From the NCBI GenBank assembly GCA_963844035.1, contig CAWJMT010000031.1, positions 92,637 through 156,636 of the forward strand: DNA of 64,000 bases, in the 5' to 3' direction. Each line of letters opens with the position of its first letter. Positions within the stretch are counted from its first letter, which is position 1. Below the pieces are notes generated by a model. The model did not search any database, had not been told where the DNA came from, and saw nothing but the letters and a program-made list of their open reading frames with translations. The DNA is from an uncultured Gemmatimonadales bacterium. GTDB taxonomy: Bacteria > Gemmatimonadota > Gemmatimonadetes > Gemmatimonadales > GWC2-71-9. Below are positions 1 to 9,540 of the stretch, piece after piece. The position numbers were made by a program, and so were the translations under genes.

Positions 1-435
1 AGTCCGACGCGGGGACGTACTGGTCCATCGCCTTTGGCGGAATCTATGGAGTCTCTGCCGTCGTCGGTTTCGATCGGGTAACGAGATGCCGCGAGGCCAA
101 GCGAGACCTCAGGGCACGGCAGGCCGAGGCAGCCGCCGCTGTGGCCGCCCGCAGGCGCAGCGCGGACCTCATCGCCGTTCAGAAGGTGCTGATCACGGGC
201 GGCCGCGACACGATGACGGTGGGAGAGCGGACGCAGCTCGTCGCGACCGCGTACGACTCGACCGGCGCCGTGATCGTCGACAAGATGTTCGCGTGGTCGT
301 CCTCGAACGACACGATCGCCTCCGTCACCACCGACGGGCGTCGTGCGGGCGCTGGAAGTCGGCACCGCGGTGATCACGGCGAACGCGGGCAACGTGACCG
401 GGACGGCGAAAGTCGTTGTGGTGCCGGACCGATGA
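1..435 (+). CDS. Ig-like (Big_2-type) domain protein, 5' truncated, one frameshift near 340
   Basis: VLITGGRDTMTVGERTQLVATAYDSTG...WSSSNDTIASV then, in another frame, GTAVITANAGNVTGTAKVVV; TGA 433-435 overlaps the next ATG. Confidence 0.7.
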
Positions 436-1052
436 AGCGCACGATCGTCTTCCTCGCCTCGACCCCCTTCCTGCTCGGCGCGTGCGGCCTGGCGATGACG
501 CAGGGCCCGCCGGCAGGACACGAGAGCATGCCATCGTTCCAATGTACTGAGGACCGGAGGGGCCCCGCGCTCGACATCGTTCTCGTCGTGTGGAACACCC
601 TTCTTCTTACCAGCAGCGCCGCAAGGAACCAGCTCGGTTCTGGTGAACAGGCCGCGTTGGCTATCGGGACGGCCATTGCCGCAATCTCCGCCGGCGTAGG
701 CTTCGACCGGACACGTCGATGCATCAAGGCTAAGGGACAGCTCGCGGTACGGCAGGCCGAGGTGGCCGCCGCCCGCAGGCGCGCCCTCGACCTTATAGCC
801 GTTCAGAGAGTCCTGATCACGGGCGCCCGGGACACAATGACGGTGGGAGAGTGGACGCAGCTCGTCGCGACCGCGTACGACTCGAGCGGCGCCGCAATCG
901 TCGACAAGACATTCACCTGGTCGTCCTCGAACGACACGGTTGCTTTCGTCCGCCCCGACGGCATCCTGGAGGCGGAGGGACCTGGCACCGCGGTGATCAC
1001 GGCGCAGGCGGCCAACGGCCTTGGCACGGCGAGTCTCGTGGTACTGCCATGA
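432..1052 (+). CDS. Lipoprotein with hydrophobic segments and C-terminal Ig-like (Big_2-type) domain; paralog of the upstream gene
   Basis: MKRTIVFLASTPFLLGAC lipobox; WSSSNDTVAFV...GTAVITA Ig-like motif. Confidence 0.7.
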   Translation: MKRTIVFLASTPFLLGACGLAMTQGPPAGHESMPSFQCTEDRRGPALDIVLVVWNTLLLTSSAARNQLGSGEQAALAIGTAIAAISAGVGFDRTRRCIKAKGQLAVRQAEVAAARRRALDLIAVQRVLITGARDTMTVGEWTQLVATAYDSSGAAIVDKTFTWSSSNDTVAFVRPDGILEAEGPGTAVITAQAANGLGTASLVVLP

Positions 1053-1093
1053 AGCGAACGCCAACGGGTGAAACCACCAACAAGGAGCTCCAC

Positions 1094-1631
1094 GTGGCAT
1101 CGATCACACGTTTCCTCTACGCAGCGTTGGTCGTCCCGACCCTAGCCTTCGCCCAGGGGAAGCCAGTTGTGGAGATTGGCACCGACCTTGGTCTCACGAT
1201 CCTGAGCAGCGGCGGCGAGTCGTATACCCTCTTTAACATCCCGGGCCAAGGAATCCTCGGCCAGCCCACGATTCGTGCTACGTTTTTTGCCGGTCGGTCC
1301 CTCACCATAGAGCCGCAGCTCGCGCTCACATGGCTTTCGGGCGACGGCGGGACCCAGACACGAGTGGGCCTGGGCGGACAGATCGGCTATCTCTTCAACG
1401 GCTCTACCGCAAAGTCGTTTTATTTGGCTGGATCTCTGGCTTATTACTCAATCTCCGACGAGATCACCGACGGCGACTTTGGGGTTGGGTGGCAAGCTAG
1501 GGGTTCGCGTACCGTGGGGCTCCAGTGTTGGCGTGCGGTTCGAGGGCGGCTACCGCCGATGGTTCGATCACGAAATCAATGAGATCACACTCGGCGTTGG
1601 AGTGGGGGGCATCGTCCATCGCACTAACTGA
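1094..1631 (+). CDS. Small outer-membrane beta-barrel-like protein (frameshift near 1490)
   Basis: AAGGAG RBS at 1082, GTG start, signal peptide ending AFA-Q, alternating beta-strand pattern (VGLGGQIGYLF, VRFEGGYRRW). Confidence 0.6.
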
Positions 1632-1697
1632 AGCGCCGCGCCCTCGACAGGCGCGGGAATCCTCGACATGATCACTGGGCGAGAAGGGAGGGTACCG

Positions 1698-2177
1698 ATG
1701 CAGATCGAGGCACGCCTGGCCGCCGCGGGACTCACGCTCCCGAGGCCAGTAGTGCAGCCGGGCCCCACGAAGGTGCCGGTGGCCTGGGTCCGCCTGGCGG
1801 GCCATCGGGCCCACGCATCCGGCCATGGTCCGCTCGCCCCCGACGGATCCCTTGCGCTACCGCTCGGGCGGGTCGGCGCGGAGGTCACGCTCGAACAGGC
1901 GCAGCACGCCGCCGAGCTCGCGCTCCTCGCGCTGCTCGGCAGCCTGCAGCGGTGCATCGGCGACCTGGATCGGGTGACGGCCTGGTTGACTATCTCGGCC
2001 TTCGTCCGCGTCGCGCCGGGGTTTACTGAAACGCCGGCGGTGCTGAACGGTGCGTCGGCCCTGCTGCTGCAGCTCTTCGGGCCGAAGGCCGGCGGCCACA
2101 CCCGCACTGCCATCGGCGTGGCCGACCTGCCGCTCGGTGTGCCGGTGGTGGTCGCTGCCGAGGTAGAGATCGCCTAA
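1698..2177 (+). CDS. RidA/YjgF family protein
   Basis: IEARLAAAGLTLP, ASGHGP, NGASALL, GGHTRTAIGVADLP motifs. Confidence 0.85.
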   Translation: MQIEARLAAAGLTLPRPVVQPGPTKVPVAWVRLAGHRAHASGHGPLAPDGSLALPLGRVGAEVTLEQAQHAAELALLALLGSLQRCIGDLDRVTAWLTISAFVRVAPGFTETPAVLNGASALLLQLFGPKAGGHTRTAIGVADLPLGVPVVVAAEVEIA

Positions 2178-2583
2178 CGAGCAGGGGTCGGCGCCGTCCT
2201 TCAACACATCTCCCAGCACCCGCACCAACGCCGCCAGCGTAAACGGCTTGACCAGCACCGGAGTCGCCGGTGAGGCCGGCACCCGGGCCAGGACCACCGG
2301 ATCCGTGTACCCCGACATGTAAATCACCTCTGGATGGAGCCCGCGGACGGCCAGGCGCTTGATCAACCCTGGGCCGTCCAGCTCCGGCATGACCACGTCG
2401 GTGAGAACCAGGTCGATTCGCTGCGGGCAGGTGTCGACCACCGCGAGCGCCTCCAGACCGTTTTCCGCGGTCAGCACGGAAAAGCCGATACTGAGAAGCA
2501 AGCGCGCGATTGCGGGCCGTAACGTATCGTCGTCCTCCACGACGAGGATCAATCTCGCCGTGTCCCGGAAGGACCGGGGACAC
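2174..2583 (-). CDS. Stand-alone response regulator receiver domain protein (ends uncertain, indels)
   Basis: ILVVEDD...LVLTDVVMPELDG...YMSGY...KPF receiver motifs. Confidence 0.8.
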
Positions 2584-2736
2584 GGGGGCGCCCCCCTCTG
2601 GCGGTGTCGTCGGTCGGGGCCTATGGTCTGTCAACAGGGGACCTCCCAGCGATGATGCTGCGTTGTTGTAAGGGCTTCTAGCTGGGACACTAGCGAGCAC
2701 GCCGCAAGCGATGCCAATACCGATTAGCTGGGGTTC

Positions 2737-2755
2737 CCATGCGCGACGCGCATGG
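2737..2755. promoter_or_regulatory. Putative LysR-type binding site (ATGC-N7-GCAT, T-N11-A) overlapping the LysR start codon
   Basis: Palindrome CCATGCGCG-A-CGCGCATGG in the divergent region between the receiver gene and the LysR gene. Confidence 0.6.
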
Positions 2756-4679
2756 CAGAAAATGGAGCGTCCGTCTCGGTGGACTTGCGGGATCTGCAGT
2801 ATTTCGTCGCGGTTGCGATCACGGGGAACTTGAGTCGCGCGGCCCGCGAAGCGCGCGTCGCACAGCCGGCGCTCTCCCGTCACGTCCGACGGCTCGAGCG
2901 CGAGTTGGGCGTCACCCTGCTCACCCGCCATCCCAAAGGCGTCACGCTGACTCCCGCCGGCGCGTCGTTCGCGCAGGGAGCCCAGGAGTTGCTGCACGGC
3001 GCGGCGGCATCGCTCGACCGTGCCGCCGCGACGGCCGCAGGGCACCGCGGCAGGGTGGTCCTGAGCGCCACGCTGGCGGCGATCGCGCGCGGGTTCCCCA
3101 CGGCGGTGCAGGACTCGCTGCGCCAGGATCATCCCGAAATCACCGTCGCCATCCAGGACTTCGACCCGCCGGACTCGTGGGAAACGGTCGCGGATGGAAG
3201 AGCGGACATCGCGGTCTGCCTGGAGCATGGGCGCGCTACGCCGGGCTCATCGCCGAGCCGCTCTGGGTCGAGACGCTGGATCGCGCCATCGTGCCCCGTG
3301 ACCATCCCCTGGCGACTCGCGGCACCGTGTCGCTCCCCGAATTCGGAACCCTGCCCTTCATTTTCGCCCGCAGCACCATCAATCCCGGGACGTTCGATCG
3401 CGGGGCCGACGCGATGCGCAACGCCGGAATGCAGTCCCCCGTGGTGGCGCTCGAGGGCGATCTGCGCGCCGTCCATCTCGCGGTCGCCGCCGGCCGCGGC
3501 TGGACGTTGATGTCGCGCGCACGCGCCAGCGCGCCACCCGAAGGAACCGCCGTGTTGACGGTCGAAGGCTTCCACCTGGCTGCAACGCATGATGGTGGAG
3601 TGGCGCCGGGGTGAACGGCGTCCCGTGGTCCACACGGTGTTGCGCGGATGCTCGAGGTGGCCGGCAGCTATCCCGAAACGCAGGTGCGCGCGACCCCGGC
3701 CCTGCCCCCGCCGTCTCGCGCCCACCCGCCCGCGCCGCCCGCCGGGCACGGTGCCGCCTGGCGTGGACCTGCGGCACCTGCGCGCGCTCTTGACCGTCGG
3801 CGCCGCGCAAACCATCGGGCGCGCGGCGGCGCATCTCGGCCTTACTCAGCCCGCCCTCTCGCGTCAGCTGCGCGAGATGGAGCATGCGCTCGGCTTCACC
3901 CTGCTCGAACGCTCGGCGCGCGGCGTGGCGCTGACGCCCGCGGGAATCTCCCTCACCAGCGACATCCCGGTGTTGCTCGCCGCGGGGGAGCGCCTGCAGC
4001 GCGAAGCGACGCGCGCCAGGCGCGGCAACGAGGGACAGTGCGTCATCGGCGCGGTGGCGACCGCGGCGTCGAGCGAGCTGCTGGCGCGCGTCACCGCCCA
4101 GTGCGCTGCCACGCCACCCCGCCGTCACGCTGGTCATCCAGGAAATGACCACGCCCGCTCAGTGGGCCGCGCTCACCCGCGCCGAGATCGATCTGGGGCT
4201 CGCCAACGCGCTCCCCACCGCGCGACGCACGCCGGCCGGTGCCATCGTCGCCACGCGCGTCCACCACGATCGACTCGATACGGCGCTGTTGGCGCGGGAC
4301 CACCCGCTCGCGGGGCGCCGCCGGATCGACGCGCGCGAGCTGGCGGACGTGCCCTTCCTGTTCATGGACCGCGCGTTCCATCCGGCGTTCTACGATCGGC
4401 TCTATGCCGCGTTTGCCGCGTTGGGGCTGCGGCCGCGCGTCGATTCGACCTATGACGGGCTGCAAACCGTCTGGGCCCTCGCGGCGCAGGGCCAGGGATG
4501 GGCGGTCGGCTTCCACTCCCAGCTCGCTCGCCCCCCGGCCGGGACCGTGGCGGTCCGGATCGCGAAGTTCAGCCTGCCCTTTGGACTCGACCTGTTGTCA
4601 CGGCGGGGGGAGACCAGCCCGACGGTGCGCGCGGTGACCGCCGTATTTCGGAAGCTCGGGCGGAAGGCGACGACGCTAG
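2752..4679 (+). CDS. Tandem double LysR-family regulator (HTH-SBD-HTH-SBD), several frameshifts
   Basis: Two LysR HTHs: DLRDLQYFVAVA...AQPALSRHVRRLE and DLRHLRALLTV...TQPALSRQLREME, each followed by a substrate-binding domain (DHPLA, VAAGRGW / AAQGQGW). Confidence 0.75.
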
Positions 4680-4695
4680 CTACATTCCTCCACCT

Positions 4696-4990
4696 ATGCG
4701 CCCACTCACGGAATGGTCCGATGCCTCGCGTCGTCACCACGGCGTGGGGCTGGGTCGCCTGCATCCTCGTGATCGCGTTCCTCACGCCCACCGGACGGTT
4801 TCTGCTCCGCCTGAACGCGATGCTGCGGGAGTCGGGAAACGCACAGGTCGATCTGCCGATCGCCGCCCTGCGCGTGTGGTTCGTGCTCACGCCGCTGTGC
4901 GCGTTCGTGCCCCCATTTGTGCTGCTGTTTGTCTGGTGGCGGACGCAGAAGTCGAAGCCGCCAGGCGGAAGGCCTTCGGCAGCGCGCTGA
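4696..4990 (+). CDS. Small two-TM membrane protein
   Basis: Hydrophobic segments WVACILVIAFL and VWFVLTPLCAFVPPFVLLFVWW; ATG at 4696 (indel) or 4721. Confidence 0.5.
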
Positions 4991-5017
4991 GCGGTTTGAA
5001 GGGGGGGGCCGGGCCGG

Positions 5018-6019
5018 GTGCTGCTGCTCATCAAGAATCTGATCTTCACCATACTCGTCCCGGGTACGGTCGCGGGATTCCTCCCCTACCTCATCTCGGC
5101 GCGGGCGACTCCGTCCATGCTCGCGGTACCTGGTCGGTTGTGGCTGGGCGGGCTCCTGGCGCTGGCCGGCGGGGCGGTGTATGGCTGGTGCCTGTGGGAC
5201 TTCGCGACCCATGGCCGAGGCACTCCGGCGCCGATCGATCCACCGAAAGAGCTGGTAGTCCGGGGCCTGTACCGCACCATGCGGAATCCGATGTACGTGG
5301 GCGTGCTGCTCATCATCGCAGCCTGGCTCGCGCTGCGGCCGTCGTGGGCCTTACTCGGGTACGCCGCAACCGTGGGGCTGCTGTTCCATGGGTTCGTGAT
5401 CGCCGTGGAGGAGCCGATGCTGCGGCGGCGGTTTGGCGCGGCGTACGACACGTATTGCCGCAAGGTGCGGCGCTGGTGGCCGGGGCGGCCGCGGCACCTG
5501 TCGCGCCGCGAGCGCGCCGCCCGCGAATTCGGGCTCCCCGCGTGGGCCCAGGTCGGCCGGAGGCGGCGGGAGCACATCGAGCGCGTCGTGGCGCTGCTCG
5601 AAGAGTGGGCCGACGACATGGACGTATCGGACCGCGAGCGCGACCGCTGGGTCAAGGCGGCGTGGCTGCACGATGCGTTGCGCGACGCGCGTCTTCAGGG
5701 CGCCGCGCACGGCGAGGCTGCGGCCGACCGGGCTGCCAAGGACGGCGAAACCGACCGCGGTGTGCTCGATGCGGTCCGCTACCACAGCTCGGGCTACGCC
5801 GGCTGGGACGATGTGGGCAAGATGCTCTACCTGGCCGACTACCTCGAGCCCGGTCGTAATGACAACCGCAAGGAGCGCGCGAGCCTCGCCACGCGCGTGC
5901 CGCGGCAGCGCGACCGGGTGTTGCGGAAGATCGTGGCGTACGAAATCCGCTGGCGGGTGCGCGCCGGCCGCCCGGTTAATCCCCACCTGATCGCCTTCTG
6001 GAACGCGCTCGCCGGCTGA
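5018..6019 (+). CDS. ICMT/PEMT-family membrane methyltransferase fused to a YqeK-like HD-domain hydrolase
   Basis: GRGTPAP..PP..LVVRGLYR..RNPMYVG..EE..L..RFG..Y..YC; then WLHDALRDA, HGEAAA, AVRYHSSG, LYLADYLEPGR. Confidence 0.75.
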   Translation: MLLLIKNLIFTILVPGTVAGFLPYLISARATPSMLAVPGRLWLGGLLALAGGAVYGWCLWDFATHGRGTPAPIDPPKELVVRGLYRTMRNPMYVGVLLIIAAWLALRPSWALLGYAATVGLLFHGFVIAVEEPMLRRRFGAAYDTYCRKVRRWWPGRPRHLSRRERAAREFGLPAWAQVGRRRREHIERVVALLEEWADDMDVSDRERDRWVKAAWLHDALRDARLQGAAHGEAAADRAAKDGETDRGVLDAVRYHSSGYAGWDDVGKMLYLADYLEPGRNDNRKERASLATRVPRQRDRVLRKIVAYEIRWRVRAGRPVNPHLIAFWNALAG

Positions 6020-6064
6020 ACGGTCATCCCAGTCATCACTTCCTGCTCAAGTTCGAATAGGATG

Positions 6065-6109
6065 AAAACGCGACCGCGTCGCCGGGCCGAACACCCAGAC
6101 GACGCGGTC
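6065..6109 (-). terminator. Intrinsic terminator-like hairpin
   Basis: Minus strand GACCGCGTCGTCTGGG-TGTTCGG-CCCGGCGACGCGGTC followed by GCGTTTT. Confidence 0.6.
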
Positions 6110-6182
6110 ACTTGTCCAGCGCGAGCCCGGCACGATCGTCTGCCGGCTCTTACCTGTGGCGCAAATCGCGATTCGGTACCGG

Positions 6183-6245
6183 TCAGCTACCGATCAGGCG
6201 ATCGCTTGCCCATGCCAGGTCGCGCGGGGATCTGTGGCTAGACAA
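6183..6245 (-). CDS. Putative 20-aa small peptide MSSHRSPRDLAWASDRLIGS (or ncRNA)
   Basis: TTG start immediately after AAGGAGGTGATCCA (6259-6246); own promoter and terminator. Confidence 0.5.
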   Translation of the reverse strand: MSSHRSPRDLAWASDRLIGS

Positions 6246-6293
6246 TGGATCACCTCCTTGGTTGATGTGGTGGTTGGGGCGGAGAACTCGCCT

Positions 6294-6322
6294 ATAGTAG
6301 AACCGATCGCTCGCCGATGCAA
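6294..6322 (-). promoter_or_regulatory. Sigma70-type promoter TTGCAT-N17-TACTAT
   Basis: -35 at 6322-6317, -10 at 6299-6294, exact 17-nt spacer, in a GC-rich background. Confidence 0.6.
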
Positions 6323-6366
6323 CGGGCGTGCTGGCGCGGTTCTATCTGTGACGTAGGATTCCCCTC

Positions 6367-6765
6367 ATGGCGAACGATCCCACGGTGCGAATTGAACAAA
6401 CGCCCGACTGCCTGCTCGTGTCCGCCCGCGGAACCATGAGCGTGGCCTGGTTCATCGCTCTGGTCGGCCGGATCGCGCAGGTGGTACGCGACACTCCCAC
6501 AAAGAGCGCCCTGATAGACGTGCGCGAGGTGGTGGGATCGCTGTCCGACATGGACCGCTACGACATCGGCGTGGGCGCCGCGTCGTTCGGGATCAGAGTG
6601 CCGGTCGGGATCGTGGGAACGGAGCCCCTGATCGAACCCGATCACCTCGGCGAGGTGGTCGCCCGCAACCGCGGCATGAACGTGCGCGCCTTCACGGATT
6701 ACGACGCGGCGTCCAGGTGGCTCCATGAGGAGCGAGCGCACGCGTCCTCGCGCGAACCCGCCTAG
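6367..6765 (+). CDS. Hypothetical protein, STAS/SEC14 (SpoIIAA-like) fold
   Basis: ALIDVRE..GSLSDMDRY...EVVARNRGMNVRAFTDYDAASRWL pattern. Confidence 0.6.
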   Translation: MANDPTVRIEQTPDCLLVSARGTMSVAWFIALVGRIAQVVRDTPTKSALIDVREVVGSLSDMDRYDIGVGAASFGIRVPVGIVGTEPLIEPDHLGEVVARNRGMNVRAFTDYDAASRWLHEERAHASSREPA

Positions 6766-7430
6766 GGCGCGACGACGATCGTGGCGTGCTTGACGTAGTC
6801 GAGCTTGGGAAAGTCCTTCGTCAGATAGGCGTTCCCCTCACTCTGGATGCGGCCCTGATCGGGGCCGCGCCCGCGCGGCGCGCCCTCGCCGTAGTCGGCA
6901 TACAGCTTGTCCACGACCTCCATCCCCTCGATCACCTTGCCGAACGGCGCGAAGCCCATGCCGTCGAGCGAGCTGTTGTCGCCGTAGTTGATGAACACCT
7001 GGGTCGTGCGGGTATTGGGGCCCGCCGTGGCGAAGCTCACCATGCCGCGGGTGTTGCTCTGCCGTACGGGATCGTCGAGGATGTTTCGGGAGCGCCAGGT
7101 GGCCGCGACCTTGGGATCGCCGTGAATGCCGAACTGCGCCATGAAGCCCGCCAGCACCCGGAAGAACCGCTGGCCGTCATAGTAGCCGCTCGACACCAGC
7201 TCGTGGAACCGATCCGCACCCTGCGGAGCCCAGGCGCGTGTCACCTCGATCACGAAGGTGCCCGCGCTCGTTTCGAAGCGGGCGCGATACGTCGGCGGGC
7301 CCCCGTAGGTCGCGGCGGTGCTCGAGGGATCGGCGGTCGCGGCCGCGGCCGTGGCGGGCCGCTCCCGGCTGCAGGAGGCGAGCAGGGCGAGGGCGATCAG
7401 CGAAGCGGGGTTCCAGAGACGTGTGCGCAT
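6762..7430 (-). CDS. Cyclophilin-type peptidyl-prolyl isomerase, lipoprotein
   Basis: FFRVLAGFMAQFG, NTRGMVSFATAGPNTRTTQVFIN, FAPFGKV; LLASC lipobox. Confidence 0.92.
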   Translation of the reverse strand: MRTRLWNPASLIALALLASCSRERPATAAAATADPSSTAATYGGPPTYRARFETSAGTFVIEVTRAWAPQGADRFHELVSSGYYDGQRFFRVLAGFMAQFGIHGDPKVAATWRSRNILDDPVRQSNTRGMVSFATAGPNTRTTQVFINYGDNSSLDGMGFAPFGKVIEGMEVVDKLYADYGEGAPRGRGPDQGRIQSEGNAYLTKDFPKLDYVKHATIVVAP

Positions 7431-7523
7431 CGGTCCGTCCGTCATGAAGTGGAGCAGAAACATAACCGGGAATGGTGAGCCAGCGCACTGTGGACCGGCG
7501 GCGCACCCGGTTATTCTCCGCGG

Positions 7524-8009
7524 GTGGACAAGACCATGGAAAAACTTCGCGCCCTGCTCGCAGACTTTTCCAAGCGCACCGCGAGCGCCCCCACCCCCTC
7601 TAAAACCGGCCAGCGCGCGGGCGATCGTAAGCGCCTTGCCTGCGCCGAATGCTTCCAGAACGTCGTGCGGCCCGTGCTGGAGAAGTTCATGGCCGAGCTC
7701 AAGGAAGCGGGCCACGACGCCTCGACCCGGGACAACACCGCCCGGGACGACGCCTATCCGAGCGTCGCCTTGTCGTTCACGCCCCGCGCCGGCGACGCCG
7801 AGCCGGCGCTCGCCTCCGCACTCCTGTTCAAGTACGATCCGCGGCGCGGGGTGCTGGTGCAGCGCGACGTCAAACCGTCACCCACCAAGGGACGAGCCGT
7901 GACCGCCACGAGCGACCGTCTCGGGACGATCGGCGTGGACGCCCTCTCGACCCAATGGGTCGAGACCAAGACTCTGACGTTCGTCGAGGATGTCCTCAAG
8001 GTGAACTGA
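7524..8009 (+). CDS. Hypothetical protein
   Basis: Clean 161-aa ORF with GC3-biased codons, preceded by TATTCT. Confidence 0.6.
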   Translation: MDKTMEKLRALLADFSKRTASAPTPSKTGQRAGDRKRLACAECFQNVVRPVLEKFMAELKEAGHDASTRDNTARDDAYPSVALSFTPRAGDAEPALASALLFKYDPRRGVLVQRDVKPSPTKGRAVTATSDRLGTIGVDALSTQWVETKTLTFVEDVLKVN

Positions 8010-8381
8010 TGAAGACACCGGTCGGTGTCGGTGGCCGCCGCGACCGTGAACTACTCGGGCAAGGACGTCCCCGCCGGTGCCGGTCACCGCTACGTCCTCG
8101 TGGACTGCCGGATCGAAGCGCCGGTCGACAGCGTGGATTTCGAAGACTTCCAGCTCGTGCGCGACCGCGCTGTCCTGGGATACGAGACCAACGTGGGCGA
8201 CCACGAGGACGACGACTATTTCTATTGGTCCTACCTCGATGGGTCGGGTCGTCCCACCAGCACGGTTCCCATCGGCACCGGCCCAGTGGCGGCCCGGCTG
8301 GCGTTCAAGGTTCCGGTCGACGCGGCGCGCGGCTACCTGTTCTATTGGGGCCTCTACTGGGGCCCGTTCGACTTCCGCTAG
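8009..8381 (+). CDS. Hypothetical protein (DUF4352-like beta-sandwich)
   Basis: GHRYVLVDC...DFQLV...RLAFKVP..A..GYL.Y; probable indel after ATG 8009. Confidence 0.5.
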
Positions 8382-8445
8382 TCTGGACAGCCCGCCACCG
8401 CCCTGCAGATTTGTCCGATCAACCTTCCACTGCCAGAGGTGTGCG

Positions 8446-9106
8446 ATGGCTCTCTCACTTGGCGATATCGCCCCCGATTTCGAGGCCCAGACCACCGAGG
8501 GCCCGATGCGCTTCCACCAATGGATCGGCGACTCCTGGGCGGTGCTGTTCTCCCACCCCAAGGACTTCACGCCCGTCTGCACCACCGAGCTCGGCTACAT
8601 GGCGAAGCTCAAGCCGGAGTTCGACCGGCGGAACACGAAGATCATCGGCTTGAGCGTGGACGCCGTGGACAACCACAAGCGCTGGGCGCAGGACATCAAG
8701 GAGACGCAGGGGCACGCGCCGAACTATCCGATGATCGGCGACACGGACCTGAAGATCTCGAAACTGTACGGCATGCTGCCGGCGACCCTCGAAGGAAGCT
8801 GCGAAGGGCGAACCCCGGCGGACAATCAGACGGTGCGCAACGTGTTCGTGATCGGCCCTGACAAGAAGATCAAGCTCATCTTTATTTACCCGATGACCAC
8901 CGGCACGGAACTTCGACGAGGTGCTGCGGGTGATCGACTCGCTGCAGCTCACCGCCAAGCACAAGGTCTCGACGCCCGTCAACTGGAATCAGGGGGACGA
9001 GGTGATCATCGCGGGCTCGGTGTCCGACGACGACGCCAAGAAGATCTACCCGCAGGGGTGGAAGGCACCGCGGCCGTACATCCGCATCGTGCCCCAGCCC
9101 AAGTGA
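8446..9106 (+). CDS. 1-Cys peroxiredoxin (Prx6), frameshift near 8908
   Basis: FSHPKDFTPVCTTELG, YPMTTG, LRVIDSLQLTAKHKVSTPVNW. Confidence 0.95.
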
Positions 9107-9131
9107 TTCAACTGGTTCACGGGAGGACCCG

Positions 9132-9540
9132 ATGCCCCCTCGCATGCGTAGGCTGCTCTCGACCTTGAGCGTGACGTGTCTGCTGCTGGCCGTGCTCCCG
9201 ATCTACCGGGAATTGTCGCGGCCGGAGCGACATCTGGTGGACGCCATTCGCCATGCTGGTTCCGTTCACCGATGCCACGGATCGAGTGGAGGTCTACGTG
9301 CGCGGCGAGCCGCTGACGGCGCTGCTTCACGTCGGACGCCTGCGGCTCCTGGAGGACGGTAGGGCCAGCGTGGTGGCGGCGAGTGACGTCGGCGTGCGGT
9401 TCGACAATTCGGACCGGGTGAGGGCCGGACGCCTCCCCCTTCTGCTCGCATGCGCCGCAGTGGCCGGCGCAACCGCGCTCGCGTTGCTACTGGTACTGAC
9501 GGGACGACTCGCCTACCGGGACGAGGCGACGCGCTCGTAG
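9132..9540 (+). CDS. Hypothetical membrane protein (frameshift near 9230)
   Basis: GGAGG RBS; N- and C-terminal hydrophobic segments in consecutive frames. Confidence 0.55.

Noticed and set aside
141..1052. Single 303-aa protein with an internal repeat (ORF track)
   Set aside because: An indel near 340 joins two genes; the second has its own ATG at 432 and a lipobox
2023..3228. Long antisense and alternate-frame ORFs here and throughout the window
   Set aside because: Arg/Ala/Pro-rich shadow ORFs expected in high-GC DNA opposite real genes
6246..6259. 16S rRNA gene fragment (TGGATCACCTCCTT)
   Set aside because: No helix-45 or other rRNA sequence upstream; the context fits an SD-like element on the minus strand
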